From Raillietiella orientalis (taxonomy: Eukaryota), in NCBI GenBank assembly GCA_036172245.1, contig JAYWIR010000029.1:1612001-1676000 (forward strand): 64,000 bases of DNA. Reading direction: 5' to 3'. Position 1 is the first letter of the stretch, and each line of letters starts with the position of its first letter. Shown one piece after another: positions 49,421-61,495 of the stretch. Both the position numbers and the translations under genes were made by a program. The notes under the pieces were generated by a model. It made no database searches. It saw only the letters and a list, made by a program, of their open reading frames with translations, and was not told the origin of the DNA.

Positions 49421-52400
49421 AGGTGATACCCGACGGCTAGTTTTCTCTGCAGTCACCTTCGGGGCGAATCGCGACGGAGGGAGCCGTCACTTCTGGGAAG
49501 CCTGCGGGACCGTTCGGAGAGCGGCACTCAGACCGGTCAATCTTGCGGGGGAGGGGGGGGGAGAGGCATGACCTCACTGGGGAGGCGTTCGGGAACGGGA
49601 GAGGAAGATAGGCGGACGCGTGCAGACGAGTTCGCCCGCAAGCCGCTGAGGCGGCGGACGCTATCCGGAAGGCCTGTTGGAGAGACCTTTGGGGAAGTGC
49701 GCCTGGAGGTCACTCCGAGGTCTGATCCCGCCCCGCCCCCGAAGCGACCGGATCATCAGCTGCCACGCCGACCTCACCGCTTTGCGGCCGACTCCAGAAA
49801 GGGGAAGCGGCAAGGAGAGGAAGGAACTTGCCTCGGGCTCCCGGGTTTCCGCAGAAGAGAAAAAATCCTCCTCTTTTCTTCCTCTGCTTTTCCTCCTTCT
49901 CCTCTCCTCTTCTCTTCTCTTCTCTTCCTCCTCTACCTTTCCTCCTCCTTCTCCTCTTCCTCTCTTCCTCTTCTATCTTTCCTCCTCCTCCCCCCGGTCA
50001 CCAGCGTCGCCTCGCCGCCGCCGTCGCCCATAACGCTCTCGAGCGGGTGCCTTTCCGCCGAGCGAGGAACGCGCAGGTCTCCCCGCCGATCACAAGAGTG
50101 GAGATAACGATCAGGCGGCGTCTCCGGCCACCAACTCTTTTCCGAAAGCAGCGAAACCGGCGAAAATCGGGAAGGGAGAAGGAGGGAGGAGAAGGAGAAG
50201 AAGAAGGGGGGGGGGAGAGAAACGCGTGCATGCGTTCCAAGATGGCGACGCGAAACGGCGCGATGGCAGTGACGCGGCAAACGAGCGGGAAGGAACTCCC
50301 CGTCGCGTGGAACCTCGCTGGAAATGAAGAGCGCATGAAATCAGAGATGATCGGCGCGCATCGCATCTTCAGCCCGATCGATTACACGCTCATCTCACCC
50401 GAACGCATGCCTTCTCCACGCATGACACGTCGCGCGCAAGAGCCGCCTGCTCTCACCCAAGACGGCACCGCGCCACGGCACCGGGCCGGGCCACATGAGC
50501 GACGAGAGCGGCTCGTTTGAAACGCGCGGCCACGTGCGACGCGCGGGATGAGGGTGGAAAATTATGGGGGGTGGGGGGTAGTCCCCCCCGCGACGCCTCG
50601 CACGGGTTCGGACGAGTTTCCTGCGCGGAGCTCCCCCGACGGGTACGAAGTGACACCGCGCGCGTCCCACCGGAAAACCGGATGCCTCGCGAGATGTTTC
50701 CTCCCTGCCGAGCAGCCTGGTATCCGCGGCCAGCGCTTCCGAGAGCGAGCGATCCGGATGCCGCTCGCTGAGGGGCGCTTCGTCCCCCCCCCACCACGCA
50801 TCCTCCCGCCTTCCGCTCCTGGACCTCTTCGCCAGCAGGCGGAGCGCGCGAGATGAACGGCACCGAATTTTCATTATTGCTGATTTATTCGATTCACTTC
50901 GCGCCTGCGATTTATGGTCGCCGTGCGTCGCTGTAGGTCACCTCATTATACCTGGGAACACGCAATTATTTATGGGAATAAATCTCGGGAAGCCATTTAG
51001 CAGAATGAAGTGGGAGGAAGTAGGGGCGGGAAGTCGGCCGTGTCTTCCTCGGATGCGGTAACAATTTCATGCAATTCGAGAAATGCACACATCCAGCGGC
51101 CGCGGTCCTGGATCGTGCAGCATCTCTTTCTTCTTCCATCCCTCCCCTCGTCCGATGAAATACCACTGTTGGGCCCGACGGACAGCCGAGATTTATTCAC
51201 CCACTCCGAATGAGCAGAATAAATTTCCTGGAGGGAATCAGGGAATCCGCCTCCAGGTCGTGGCGGAGCCACCGCAAGCTGCTCGCGTGCCGCACCGCCG
51301 TTGGCGGGACCGCCGCATCCCCGAGGCATTCCCGTGCACAGCCCGGGGAAGGCCCTCGCCGGAGAGATGGGGGAAGTCGGCTCGGAGGATCGAGCGAGCG
51401 TCATGCCCGCGAGGACAGCGTCGCGGAGGCGGAGGCGAGGGCGTCCGTCTTTCTGACCTCGGGGACGGGTCGCGAGCGATGCGTTTCTGACACGCCGAGG
51501 TCTGATGGATCGGCGCGGCTGCGGGTGACGCGATGCCGTGCCATTCCCGGAAGAGGCTGAGCGACGGGACCCTCGGGTAGGCGGCGTGGGATGCTTCCAT
51601 CCCCCCTCCCCCCTCGAAAGTGGGTTTCCTGGCACATTCCTACCCTGCTCCTGTAGCTCTCGATCCCCGACCGGGGGAAGGCTGGAGCGCTGGGACGACC
51701 GCAGATTGGGCGACGCCCTTCGAAGAGGGGACTCTCGCGCTAGGCTCGAGCCTCATCCCGCTGCTGCCAGGAAGGGTGGAGTGCGAGGGTGCTCCGCGCG
51801 TCCCGCCTCTGCTCCTCCGGAAGCGCAGGTGGAATCGTCTCAGGAATGCGGCTTTTCCCTCCCAGGCAGGCGTCACGCGCACTCCCGGCGACGTGTCACG
51901 GGGACGCGCGCGGGCGCACCTCTACCCTGGATCACGAGCGAGTGGTCATCCGGGAGAACAGCCTTCCGTCTTTCCAAGTTTCCTCTCAACAAAATCTCCA
52001 AGAGATCTTCCCTCTCCCCTTCCCCCCATCTCCCCCTCAGGGAAGGCGGGGGGGGGGGGGGCAGTGGCGCTCTCCTCTCCGATCTTCAGAGCGAAATTCT
52101 TCGCATCCCGCGGTCTCCACGTCCAGATCATCCTTTCATTCATCGGTCCGCGGAGTGAAATTTCGGACCAGCAGCAAAAAAAAAAAGAGGGAGGGAGAAA
52201 AGGGAGCCCCGAACGTACGAGCTATCACTTGACGTGCGCACGCGGACGTGCCCGCTCAATCCAGCAACTCTGATTCTCTTGGAAGGAAAGGAACAAGAAG
52301 AATCCGCCAGAGAGCAGCCCGCTATTTTTAGACACTTCCGATGACAGGGGAACGCCTGTCGGTCGTTCCGAAAGCAAATCTGAAGCTCGCGGACCGCACG

Positions 52401-55400
52401 TCATCCATCGCCCCGTCTCATCTCGCCGGGAAGGCGGGTAGGGGTGAGGGAGCATTCATGCTCCCGGAAATCCCTGCGTCATGGCAGCCGGCGAGCGAGA
52501 GGGCTACTTCCGGGATTCGGTCGAGGGCGTGGAGGGAACGCTCCTCGCAGAGACTTCGCGCTCATCTCGATCTGGAAGTCCGGAGCCACTGGCCTGACTT
52601 CCAGACCGACCGTCCCGCGGTCGCTGAGGAGGTGGGAAGAATGCGCGCGCGCGGCCGCAGGCGGCGCAAGGACGGAAGCTGCGGGACTTCCGAGCAGAGA
52701 GAAAGGTGAGCGAGGTCTCAGTGAGGACAGCAAGCTGGATGGCGACTCAGGGGCAGCTCTTGTGGGCTGCTGCCACTTCCGCGCCGTTGCTGGAGGGGAA
52801 CAAGGCCAGAAGAGGACGGACGGGCGGTGCCCGATCCGAGGGAGGGAGGATCGGCCGCTGAGGCACGCGGGCGTCCCTCACCGAACCTTGAGAGAACCCG
52901 CGGCGGCAGCGGAGGTCACGCGGAGGTCAGAGGGGGAGGGCGAAGCTCAAACTTCCCTGAGGAAAGGCGGCGCGAGCGGGAGCTACGGACGTGGAGCTGC
53001 CTGGAGAAAGTATGGTCCTCCGAGACTTGGAAAAACAGGGGGATGGACAAGCTCCCATGCGGGCACCCTCCGAAGGAGCGACTCGACCCCGCTTCTGCTC
53101 CTGCTTCCGTCCCGTCCAGGGTGCGTCCCGCAAAGAGAACGGAGACGGAAAGCGCCACCAAATGTCATCCGGGATTCGAGTAAGGGTGGGAAGGGGAAGG
53201 GGGAAGAAAGGAGAGAGCCCGGGAAGGGACAGGAAAGGGTGAAGTTGCAGCCTGAAATCCGGGGCTGCAGCTGACAGCTGCAAATGGCCAATCCAAGATG
53301 AAGTCTCGCGAGGAGAAGAAGGGAAGGAGGAGCACTACCTTCGGAGCTTCCTGCAGGAAGAGGGAGAAAGAGGAGAGTTTCTCAGATGGATGTCCTCGCG
53401 GAGGAGGAGGAACCCGGCGCAGATGCTCCGGAGCAACGAGGTGAGGAAGGGGCAGCAGCCGGTTCTCAAGGAGACGTCCGAAGAGACACGCAGTGATCTC
53501 CGGTGCCATCTCCCCCTTGCCACGAACCTCTTCCTTGGTCCTGTCGTCGTTCCTGATGGGTGGTGCTCGCGGTAAACCCGGTGGCCTCCGGGAGAGTCAT
53601 TGAAGAAGACCAAGGAAGCTTCTCCCGTGCAGCAGTGGGGGATGGTGCACAAGGAAAGATCCCGGAAAAATCCTCTTGGCCTCCAGGAATCAGGCAGGAA
53701 GGAAGAAGAGGAACCAGACCGACCCCTCCCCCCTTCAGGAACGGAAAGGGCGGAAGAGGAGGAGCGATCACAAGACGATGGGAAAGGAGTGGGAGTAGGG
53801 GGGTAACCGCCGAGCGAGAAGCCGACTTCCTGTAGTTGGTCATCTGCGAACGGACGGCACGGCCCCTGCTTCCAAGCCCTCTACCCCCAGTAGCAAAATC
53901 CTCTCCTCCCGAACCTCCTTTAATGCCCCTCCAGCTCCTTCGGAGAGGGCCTCAGTAACCTCCGGGCAGAAAATGCACTCAGGGTCAGATTGGTTTACAG
54001 AACGGACACCGGGTCAAAGATGGGGAGGAGAGGAGGAGGAAGGGAGGAAGAGGGGGATCATGTGGAATAGGGAACGAAACAAAGCGATGTGCAAGCGTGA
54101 CGGAGAAGGATGCTATGTTGATCACAATGTCCCTGGAGGGCCTCTCGGACAAGGAATGGAGAGGAGCTTCCGGCTGCGTAGAGAGAGGAAGCCACGGGTA
54201 GGGAGAGACCAGGAGGAGGGTCAAGAGAAGACACTCTGAATGGCAACCTCAGGAGAAAGAGAAAGATGAAAAAAAAAGAAAAAAAACTGAGGATGCCCCG
54301 ACAGATGCTGGGGAGGTTTGCCTCGAGAAAGCGCCGCCGAAGACGCAGTCGCGCAGAGGCGCGAGGATCCTGAGAGATGTGACCCCCGCCGCCTCCGCAG
54401 ACTGCGATCAGTCACGCGGGGAGAGCGTAGGTCGCCGCGGACCGCTCTCCTCGTGCGCACTCTCGGGTCTGCGAGGGGGTCGCTGCGGCGTCTAGGGAGC
54501 AAAGAGGGGGACCGTCCTTCCCCGATTCACATCGAGGGCGCGAGCCTCTCCCCCATTCCCTCCCTCTCCGCGGCCGAGCTCCAGCTTACTGCGGATTTCA
54601 GGAGGCAGCTGACTGAGGACCACCAGCATCTTCCAGACGATGGCAACCAGGGATGGCTTCCTCATCTCTCCTCCCGGCCTTCATCCAGTTGACCTCAGCG
54701 CGCCCTGTAGGTTAAAGGCACGTTAGAAAGCGTGCGCGGAGACGGGAACGACGTGGAAGCCAGTGAGAGTGACGAGGAAGAGGAGGGGGAGGGGGATGTG
54801 ATGGAAGGAGCGCCGCTGTCTCCTCCCCTCCCCTTGTGCTGGGATGTGTAACCCGGCAATGGCCTCCTGAGTCACTTCCCTGCCGTCTTTCCTGCGGCGG
54901 GCTTCAATCTCGGGAGCAAGCAGCATCCCGGATGGAATCCCAGCAGAAATGGGGGGGGAGACCATGGAAGAGGAAATCCGGAGGAACAATGGGAGGGGGG
55001 AGGAGAGGGAAAAAAATCTCGGCACCCATCTTTACTCCGGGGAGAAGAGGGAATTTTCTCACGACATTTATTTGCAGGAGGAAGGATGCACCTAAGCCGC
55101 CTTAATGCCTGTCTGGAAGGCGCGCCGGGATTGCGCGTCCCGGCTGCGCCCTGTGAGCCGCGGGAAGTTGTCGTCACAGAGCAGGGGCGGGAGAGCTCGG
55201 ACCCCACTGCCTCCACGCCATATCTCGAAGAGGAGGACACGCGGAACCTAGGATGCCTCCCTGCAGGGGAAGGGGGTCCGGAAGTTCCCCCCCCCCTTCC
55301 TACTGCAGCCGCCGAGCTCGGCATGTTCCTCCCTTCCTTTCCCGGCGCCGCTTCGCCGGGAGCAAACCTGGGAAAGTGTCGGAGGTAGCAGGGTCGCCTC

Positions 55401-56569
55401 CCTCGGCGTGCCCCCAGGGCACGCCGAGGCTTCCCCTTCCCCCGTCGTGCGCTGCCGGAAAGGGTGCGTGCCCCCCTTCCGCAGGAGTCCTCGCCGACCG
55501 CCCCACTCGGAGCGGGAGGGTTCCTGAATTCCGCTCTGGGATAGATCCGGACAGTTTCTTCTTGCCCGGAGCGGAAGAGGAGGGATCCCCGCATTGTTTA
55601 CGGAAGACACCACCAGCATCCTCCTCTTCGCGGTCGCGGGCGGGGCTCCTGCTTTCCGCTTCTATTTTTAGAAGGAGAGCGCTGGAGGGTGCCATATCCC
55701 TCGCAGTGGGGGAGGAGAACCCAAACAAAGGAGCGGGAGCGGATGCGGACGAGCAGCAGCTCGCGCGGACGGTGGGCGTGTAGGTGGCGCGCGCCCTCCC
55801 GGGACGGGGAGGGAAGCCTTCCATTCGTTCACCAAGAGTCTCCCGGAGACTCTCCAAATCCGAGTCGCCACCCATCGTCCGAAGCAAGGTCCGGACAATG
55901 GGTGGCGACACCGGCCCTTCCAGGACTTCCTCTTCCTCCCGCCAGAGCGTGCGTTCTCCCGTCGCCCCCCGCGTCCTCCTCCCGAGGAGGACGGTTTTCC
56001 CATCTTCCGGAAGCGCTCGTCTCCCGGCCCATAAATCTCCTCTCCTCGGAATTCGTAAACATCCCTGCGCTTCCCGAAACATCTTCCCGTCTCCCACGTG
56101 GCGGGGACGCGCTCCTTGGCAGAGCTGCTCGATTCCCCGCGCTTCCCGCGGCCGAGGAACCGGAGCCTCGACAAGTCCCCTCGCGACCAGCCGTGTGCTC
56201 CCCTCCAGATCCAGCCTCACCTCAGAGGAAGCGGCCAGGAAGCGCGATGACCTCCACTCTCCTCTCCCCTCCCCCACTCCTTTGTTTTACGCACGAGCGA
56301 TTTTCGACGGGAGGGGGGAGGGGGGCCCCAACGCAGGTCTTCTGGGAAGAACAGGCGTTTCCTCTTGGGAGGTCGACAAGCCCCATGGGTCTGTCGGGAG
56401 GAGCATGGATCAGCAGAAGAAAAGCGAAGGGCGAGGCAGAGAAAGGACCTGTCGGCGCGCGGGGGTGCCTGAAGACGAATCCCTTCTCCAGTTGCCCTCG
56501 GGCTCTCAAAGAGAGAGCGAGGAGGAGGAATCGCCATAGGAGCAGCAAACCTCCGGGTTGACCTCAGGA

Positions 56570-57230
56570 GCCATCGCCATCTACCTCCTGCTGGAGCAAC
56601 GGAAGCCAGGGGTGGCAGTAGGATGGGGACGATGAGGATAGGTCACGAGGCGTTCCAACGAGGGCTTGGGGGAACAGCAAGCGGGAGTGGCACCCTCCGG
56701 CCCAGTCGCATTTCTGTGCCTCCTCGTCGGAGGCGACTTCGTCCCAGGGCACGACCAAAGGAGAGCGGCCCGCGATCTCGCAGCTCAGCACGGAAGCGAA
56801 GACCCCTTGAGGCGAGTGACCTCCTCCTCTTCCTCTGCGCGTCCACCAGCTCGGTTAGCCCCATCGAGAGATCGTCGGAAGCTGACCGGATTGAGGCGGA
56901 GGAGCGGTCGCCACGCAGCCGGAGTGCCGTGGTCGCCCCCGGAATTCGGGCCGACGAGCAGCGGGGATCCCTGCACGAGGCGGCGGCGGGTTCACCCACG
57001 TTCACAGGGATGCTACGGGGATGAGCGTATTTCCCCCGCGCCGTCTCTCGCTGGCAGCGAGACGGCTCGGCGAAAGGTTTCAAGGATCCTCCTCAGGGGG
57101 GAAGAATCGCGAGAGTCGAGTAGAGGAAGAAATAGAGGGATGTTTTCATCTCTCTCGCATCCTCCGGGAAAAGAGAGAGACCTTGATCTGCGTGAGTGAA
57201 CGCTGCAGGAAGCGCGTCGCCGCCGTCTGT
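56570..57230 (+). mobile_element. DIRS-like RNase H / MT remnant
   Basis: AVGWG, DFVPG, VAPGIRAD, HLSRILREKRETLICVS. Confidence 0.3.
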
Positions 57231-57356
57231 GGCAGTCGACTGCGAGGCCTTCGGAGAGAGAGCAACAGGATCTGTAGATCCTTCTGTGTATCCGCATGCA
57301 CTGAGCTGTCGGACGCCACGGATCGGGGCTGATTTCAACGAAGCTCCAGGATTCCT

Positions 57357-57490
57357 CCACCCTTCCTCTTCCTCCATTCCTCCATTTCATCTTTCCTTCC
57401 TTCTCTCTTCTCCCTTCTCCTTCCTTGATCCTTTCCCTCCTCCTCCCTTCCTGTGCCTTTCCTCCTTTTCCTCCCTTCCTCCTCCTTTAA

Positions 57491-57521
<31 letters not shown>

Positions 57522-57617
57522 GCCTTTCCTTCCTTCCTTCCTCATCCTTAACTCTTCTTCCTCCCTTTCTTCTTCTCCTTTTTCCTCCCCCTTCTCTTCC
57601 TTCTTCCTCCTCTTGCC
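57357..57617 (+). repeat. Polypyrimidine (CT-rich) low-complexity tract
   Basis: ~260 bp almost entirely C/T; similar shorter tracts at 49866-49995 and 59985-60105. Confidence 0.9.
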
Positions 57618-60600
57618 TCAGTGGAACGGAAATCTCAGGGACTCAGAGGTGGCTGAGACGGAGCACGAAAGCCGTTCCTCCGAACGTGGGATGCACGCAT
57701 GCGCCACACTACTGACAGCGCTGTGTGGGCGAAGGGTGGAAGGCAGGCGGGGGGCGCTCATCGGCTGGGGGTCAGCCAAGAAGGAGGAAAGGTCGTCCCT
57801 CCCTCCCTGTCCCTTCATCCTCCATGGTTCCGCCCTGCTTGCGCAATGTTTGCGTCCTTCCCCAAAAAATATTTATAAGAAATTGGGGGGAGGGCAGATG
57901 ACGACGCACACGGACTCGCCCAGTCTCTTCGTCTGTACCCGGGAGAGGCGCGTGCGCGAGGGCAGAACGAGGCAGCCGAGGAAGACCACGCACCTCCTCG
58001 TGCGGCTGCCTGAGAAGTCCAGTGTGCGCTCCCTGACGTGCGACGCAGGGAAGACCGCTGCGCCATTCGCGGAGCAGCGCCGGAGTGGTTCCTCCTGCTG
58101 GAGCTGACAGGCTTCGGGCGCGGGATGACCATCCCCATCCTCCCTCGGCGAGATCCCTACGGAACGCATGGTTTCCGGGGATCGGCTCTCCCTCCCGCTC
58201 GTGGAGCCGCGAAGGACCCGAGGACGGTTGCCTCCTTTCCCTGATTCCGCCTCCTCCCTGTCTGGAGGTCGCCCTCCGGCGGGTCTCCGGCAGGAGAGGT
58301 CTCGGAATCTCGTTAGAGACAGCTGGCTGCGGATGAGGTAGGGGGGCCTCCTGGCTCACCCTCGCCTCTGCTCGTTCCCGGACGGACTCTTCCGGGAGCA
58401 CGCCCTTCATGGGTCTTGGCCCTCCCCCCAGGACGGGACAATGGGTTCCCCGCTTCCGGGAGTCGGCGAGCCGGGACACGGGAGAGGGAAGAGGCAAGCA
58501 AGGAAGATGGAGAGAGGCGCGCTCGCGACCTCGTGAGCCGCCCGTCCCCTCCATGGTTCGCCCTCCGGGAACCCAGTTTCCGCGGCAACCGCGAGACGAG
58601 GGAGGCGGGGCCATCAGCGGCCTCCGTCCGCGGATCGTGGGAGCTGGGACGTAGGCGGCGAAAGTTGCCCCTCCTCCTCGAAGTTTGGGGGGCGCGGCTG
58701 GCCTCTCCCTTCTGCCCTCGCCCCGGTAGTTCGACCTCTGAGAAGGGCCGGGAGGGAAGAGAGCATCCCGCCCCCTTTCCTATTTCCCCTCCAGGGAATC
58801 GATCGAGGAAGGCTCGGATTGAGAGACGGTAGAAGGGGGGGGGAAAGGAGAGGGGCGTAATGGTTCTGCTGCATCCTCCCCTCCTTGAGCATGCTTTGCG
58901 TGGCAACGGCAGCATCCGCCCGCCGGCGGGGGAGGCCTCGCACCCTCTTCCTCGGTTGGGGGGGGGGGGGGGGGGGCAGGAAGGATGAGCTCGGGGAGCG
59001 CTGTGGCGGCGGCGGCGGCTGCGCAGAGGCGCCCCCTCACCCTCTCCCTAAGCCCCGGCTCCCCATATTCCCTTTCCGAAAACTCACCCGACGGTCCAGC
59101 AGCAACATCGTTCTCTCCAGCCGAGCGCTCCGACCGCCGCACGCACCCGGCGCAGCCCCGTCGCATCTGACACCGGCGGGAGGCTGCTTTCGCCAGCCGC
59201 CTGCCAAAAAAACGTCTCGCGGCGACGGGTGACGTCAAGAGGCGCTCGCGGCGGCGGTATCGGCCGGCGCCCCGCCACGCGACTGCCCTCGCGAGCAGCC
59301 GGGAGATGACTCTCCTGGTGTTCCGGCTACTGAGAAGAGAGAGCAGTGGGGGTCCGACCCTGTGGATGGATGGATGGGCAGGAGGAGAACAGGAAGAGGG
59401 CCCCCAGTGGACTGAAAGGACAGCTGCCTTGGTATCCTGGTTCAGCCCTGCGTCCAGTCGTCTACCGAGCCACTCTCCTCCACGACTTGAGCCTAGCCTC
59501 GAGCAGCGCCACCTCACTGATGACGATGGCATTCTTCGCAGAGGAAGAGACTGCTCCCCTCCTCCTTCCCTCATCTCTTCTATCCCGCCTCTCCTCTTCC
59601 GCCTGTAAGAGGGTACTGTGCCACGGAGCCTCGGGAGGTCCACCGCTCTTCCTCATCGGGTTTTCTTCCTGGGATGTCGAGTCTGGGCTGGAGTCGAGAA
59701 CAGGAGAGGATGCTATCGCCTCGCGGTCTGCCCCTAGGGTGAGCTGGACCGAGTTCTTCCTAGAGAGCGAGGCACTCCAGTCAAGAGAGTAAGCCCCTCT
59801 GGAGGGGAAGTCCTCCAGGTCCGAGTCTCACGGCGTCTCTGGACGCCACCTGCCTGAAGGGAATGTTCCTTCAACAACATCGGGAGGCACAGGCGACTTT
59901 CTAGAGATGACCCGAGAGATTCAGAACAAGGGGAAGAGTGGATCCGCTTGCAATGAGCCTTCGGCCGCCACGGCTCTAACGGAGCTCCCGCCTCCTCTTC
60001 TCTTCCTCCTCCTCAGCCTCCTTTCCTCCTCCCTTCTTCCACTTTATTTCTCTTCCTTTCCTCATTGTCGTCATCATCTTCCTCCTTCTCCTCCTCGTCT
60101 CTCTCCGAACAGAAGAGAGAGAGGGATCCTTGCGCTGGGAAGCTTCTCCCGTTTCCGGAGGAGGGGGTAAATGGGGAGAGGAAAGGGAGAATGAGGACTG
60201 CACTCTAATAGATATAGCTCTCCGGGAGACCTCGGGTGGCATCGATCTCGGGAGAAAAGAAACTCTGGGGACAGACGGGTAGGAGGATAAGGGCAGGGTA
60301 GAGCAGTCTGCCGCTCCTTCTCCAGTCCTCCTCCTGCTCGGCTGAAACGAAGGGGAGGCAAAGGACGCGCCCTTTGCCTCCCACCGGCGGATAGCAGAAG
60401 CAGACGGCAAAGCCTTCCTCCTCCTCTTCGGAAGTTGGTCGGGGATCGCCCGGGTTTACAATCCCTTGCCATAGATCCGGGAAGGGATAACTCCCCGTGA
60501 AGGGTCCCTGCGGATAGTTTGGGAGGAAGAAAGGAAGGAGGAGAGGAAGGGGAACGGGGAAGATCAGGCCGCGTGACCCGCAGAGATGTCGCAACGTCTT

Positions 60601-60704
60601 CCGGTCGACGGGCGTTGCCACCGCAGCGGCGATGCTATCAGTCCGCCCGCCTGGAGACCTTGTGAAGCGGGCAGTTCTCTCTGGCATCTTCCACGGACAA
60701 GAAA

Positions 60705-60910
60705 ATGAGTCCTACCGTTGCCTGGAAACTCTGCTTGCTGCTGATCTCTGCAGGGATCGGCTCTGCCTCCATACAATCCTACAGGGTGGACAACCAGGTG
60801 CGGTTCAATATCTGGGACGACCTGGAGGACGACTTCCGCTACATCGGGGTGGCGGCCGTCGAGTTCCCGGTTTACATCAACCTGAAGGCCATCTTCCCCT
60901 TCAGGAAAAG
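60705..60910 (+). CDS. DM4/DM12-family secreted protein, exon 1 (signal peptide)
   Basis: ATG at 60705; MSPTVAWKLCLLLISAGIGSA is a hydrophobic signal peptide; ends with donor AAAAG|gtaggg (phase 2). Confidence 0.75.
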
Positions 60911-61318
60911 GTAGGGTGAATACTGCTCCTCCCTTGGCCCTATTCTTGCTATGCCCCTGCTTTGCCTCCACGACTACTGACGACTGCTACTGCAGCTGTT
61001 GTCGGAGGAGTCGTTCCTGCTGTCTTGCGGGAACGCTCCTCTTGTCAAGGTTTGTTCAATTGGGGGGACGGCCACGCCGGCGGCGCGTAGGCCGTCTTTC
61101 TTCCTGCTGCTCCCTGCTTCCCATGCCTGTGATGGCGCTCTCTCCTGCCTCTACAGTGGCTTCCGTCTTCGCCTCCGTCTTGTCTACCGTTTTTTCCTCG
61201 TCTCTGTGACTTGTCCTTGCCGGCTTTGCCGGCCGTAGTTCCCAGCTCCCTCCATCCCCACTGCCGCCGTCTTAGCCGCCATCCTTCCCTTAGCCACTAG
61301 CCTCCGGTTTTCCCTTAG

Positions 61319-61495
61319 TCGCCTGCAGAGATCTATCGCCGAAGACCAGCTGGATGTCTTTGGCAAGATTGAAGACTTCGCGGAGAGGATGGGCATGAAT
61401 GGACGACGGTGCCTTCTGCGACTCATCTGCGAGTCGCAGAGGCTGAGGATATCGGAGTCTTCGGTGCTGGGAGAGTTTGTTGCGGCGATGATCAG
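61319..61495 (+). CDS. DM4/DM12-family secreted protein, exon 2 (domain core)
   Basis: ttttcccttag|TCGCCTG...ATCAG|gtagac, in phase with exon 1; RSIAEDQLDVFGKIEDFAERMGMNGRRCLLRLICESQ...SVLGEFV matches the G.nG..CllR.ICE signature of arthropod DM4/DM12 proteins. Confidence 0.8.

Noticed and set aside
57196..58107. 303 aa ORF with apparent hydrophobic TM stretches
   Set aside because: The F/L/S/P run is the translation of the CT low-complexity tract
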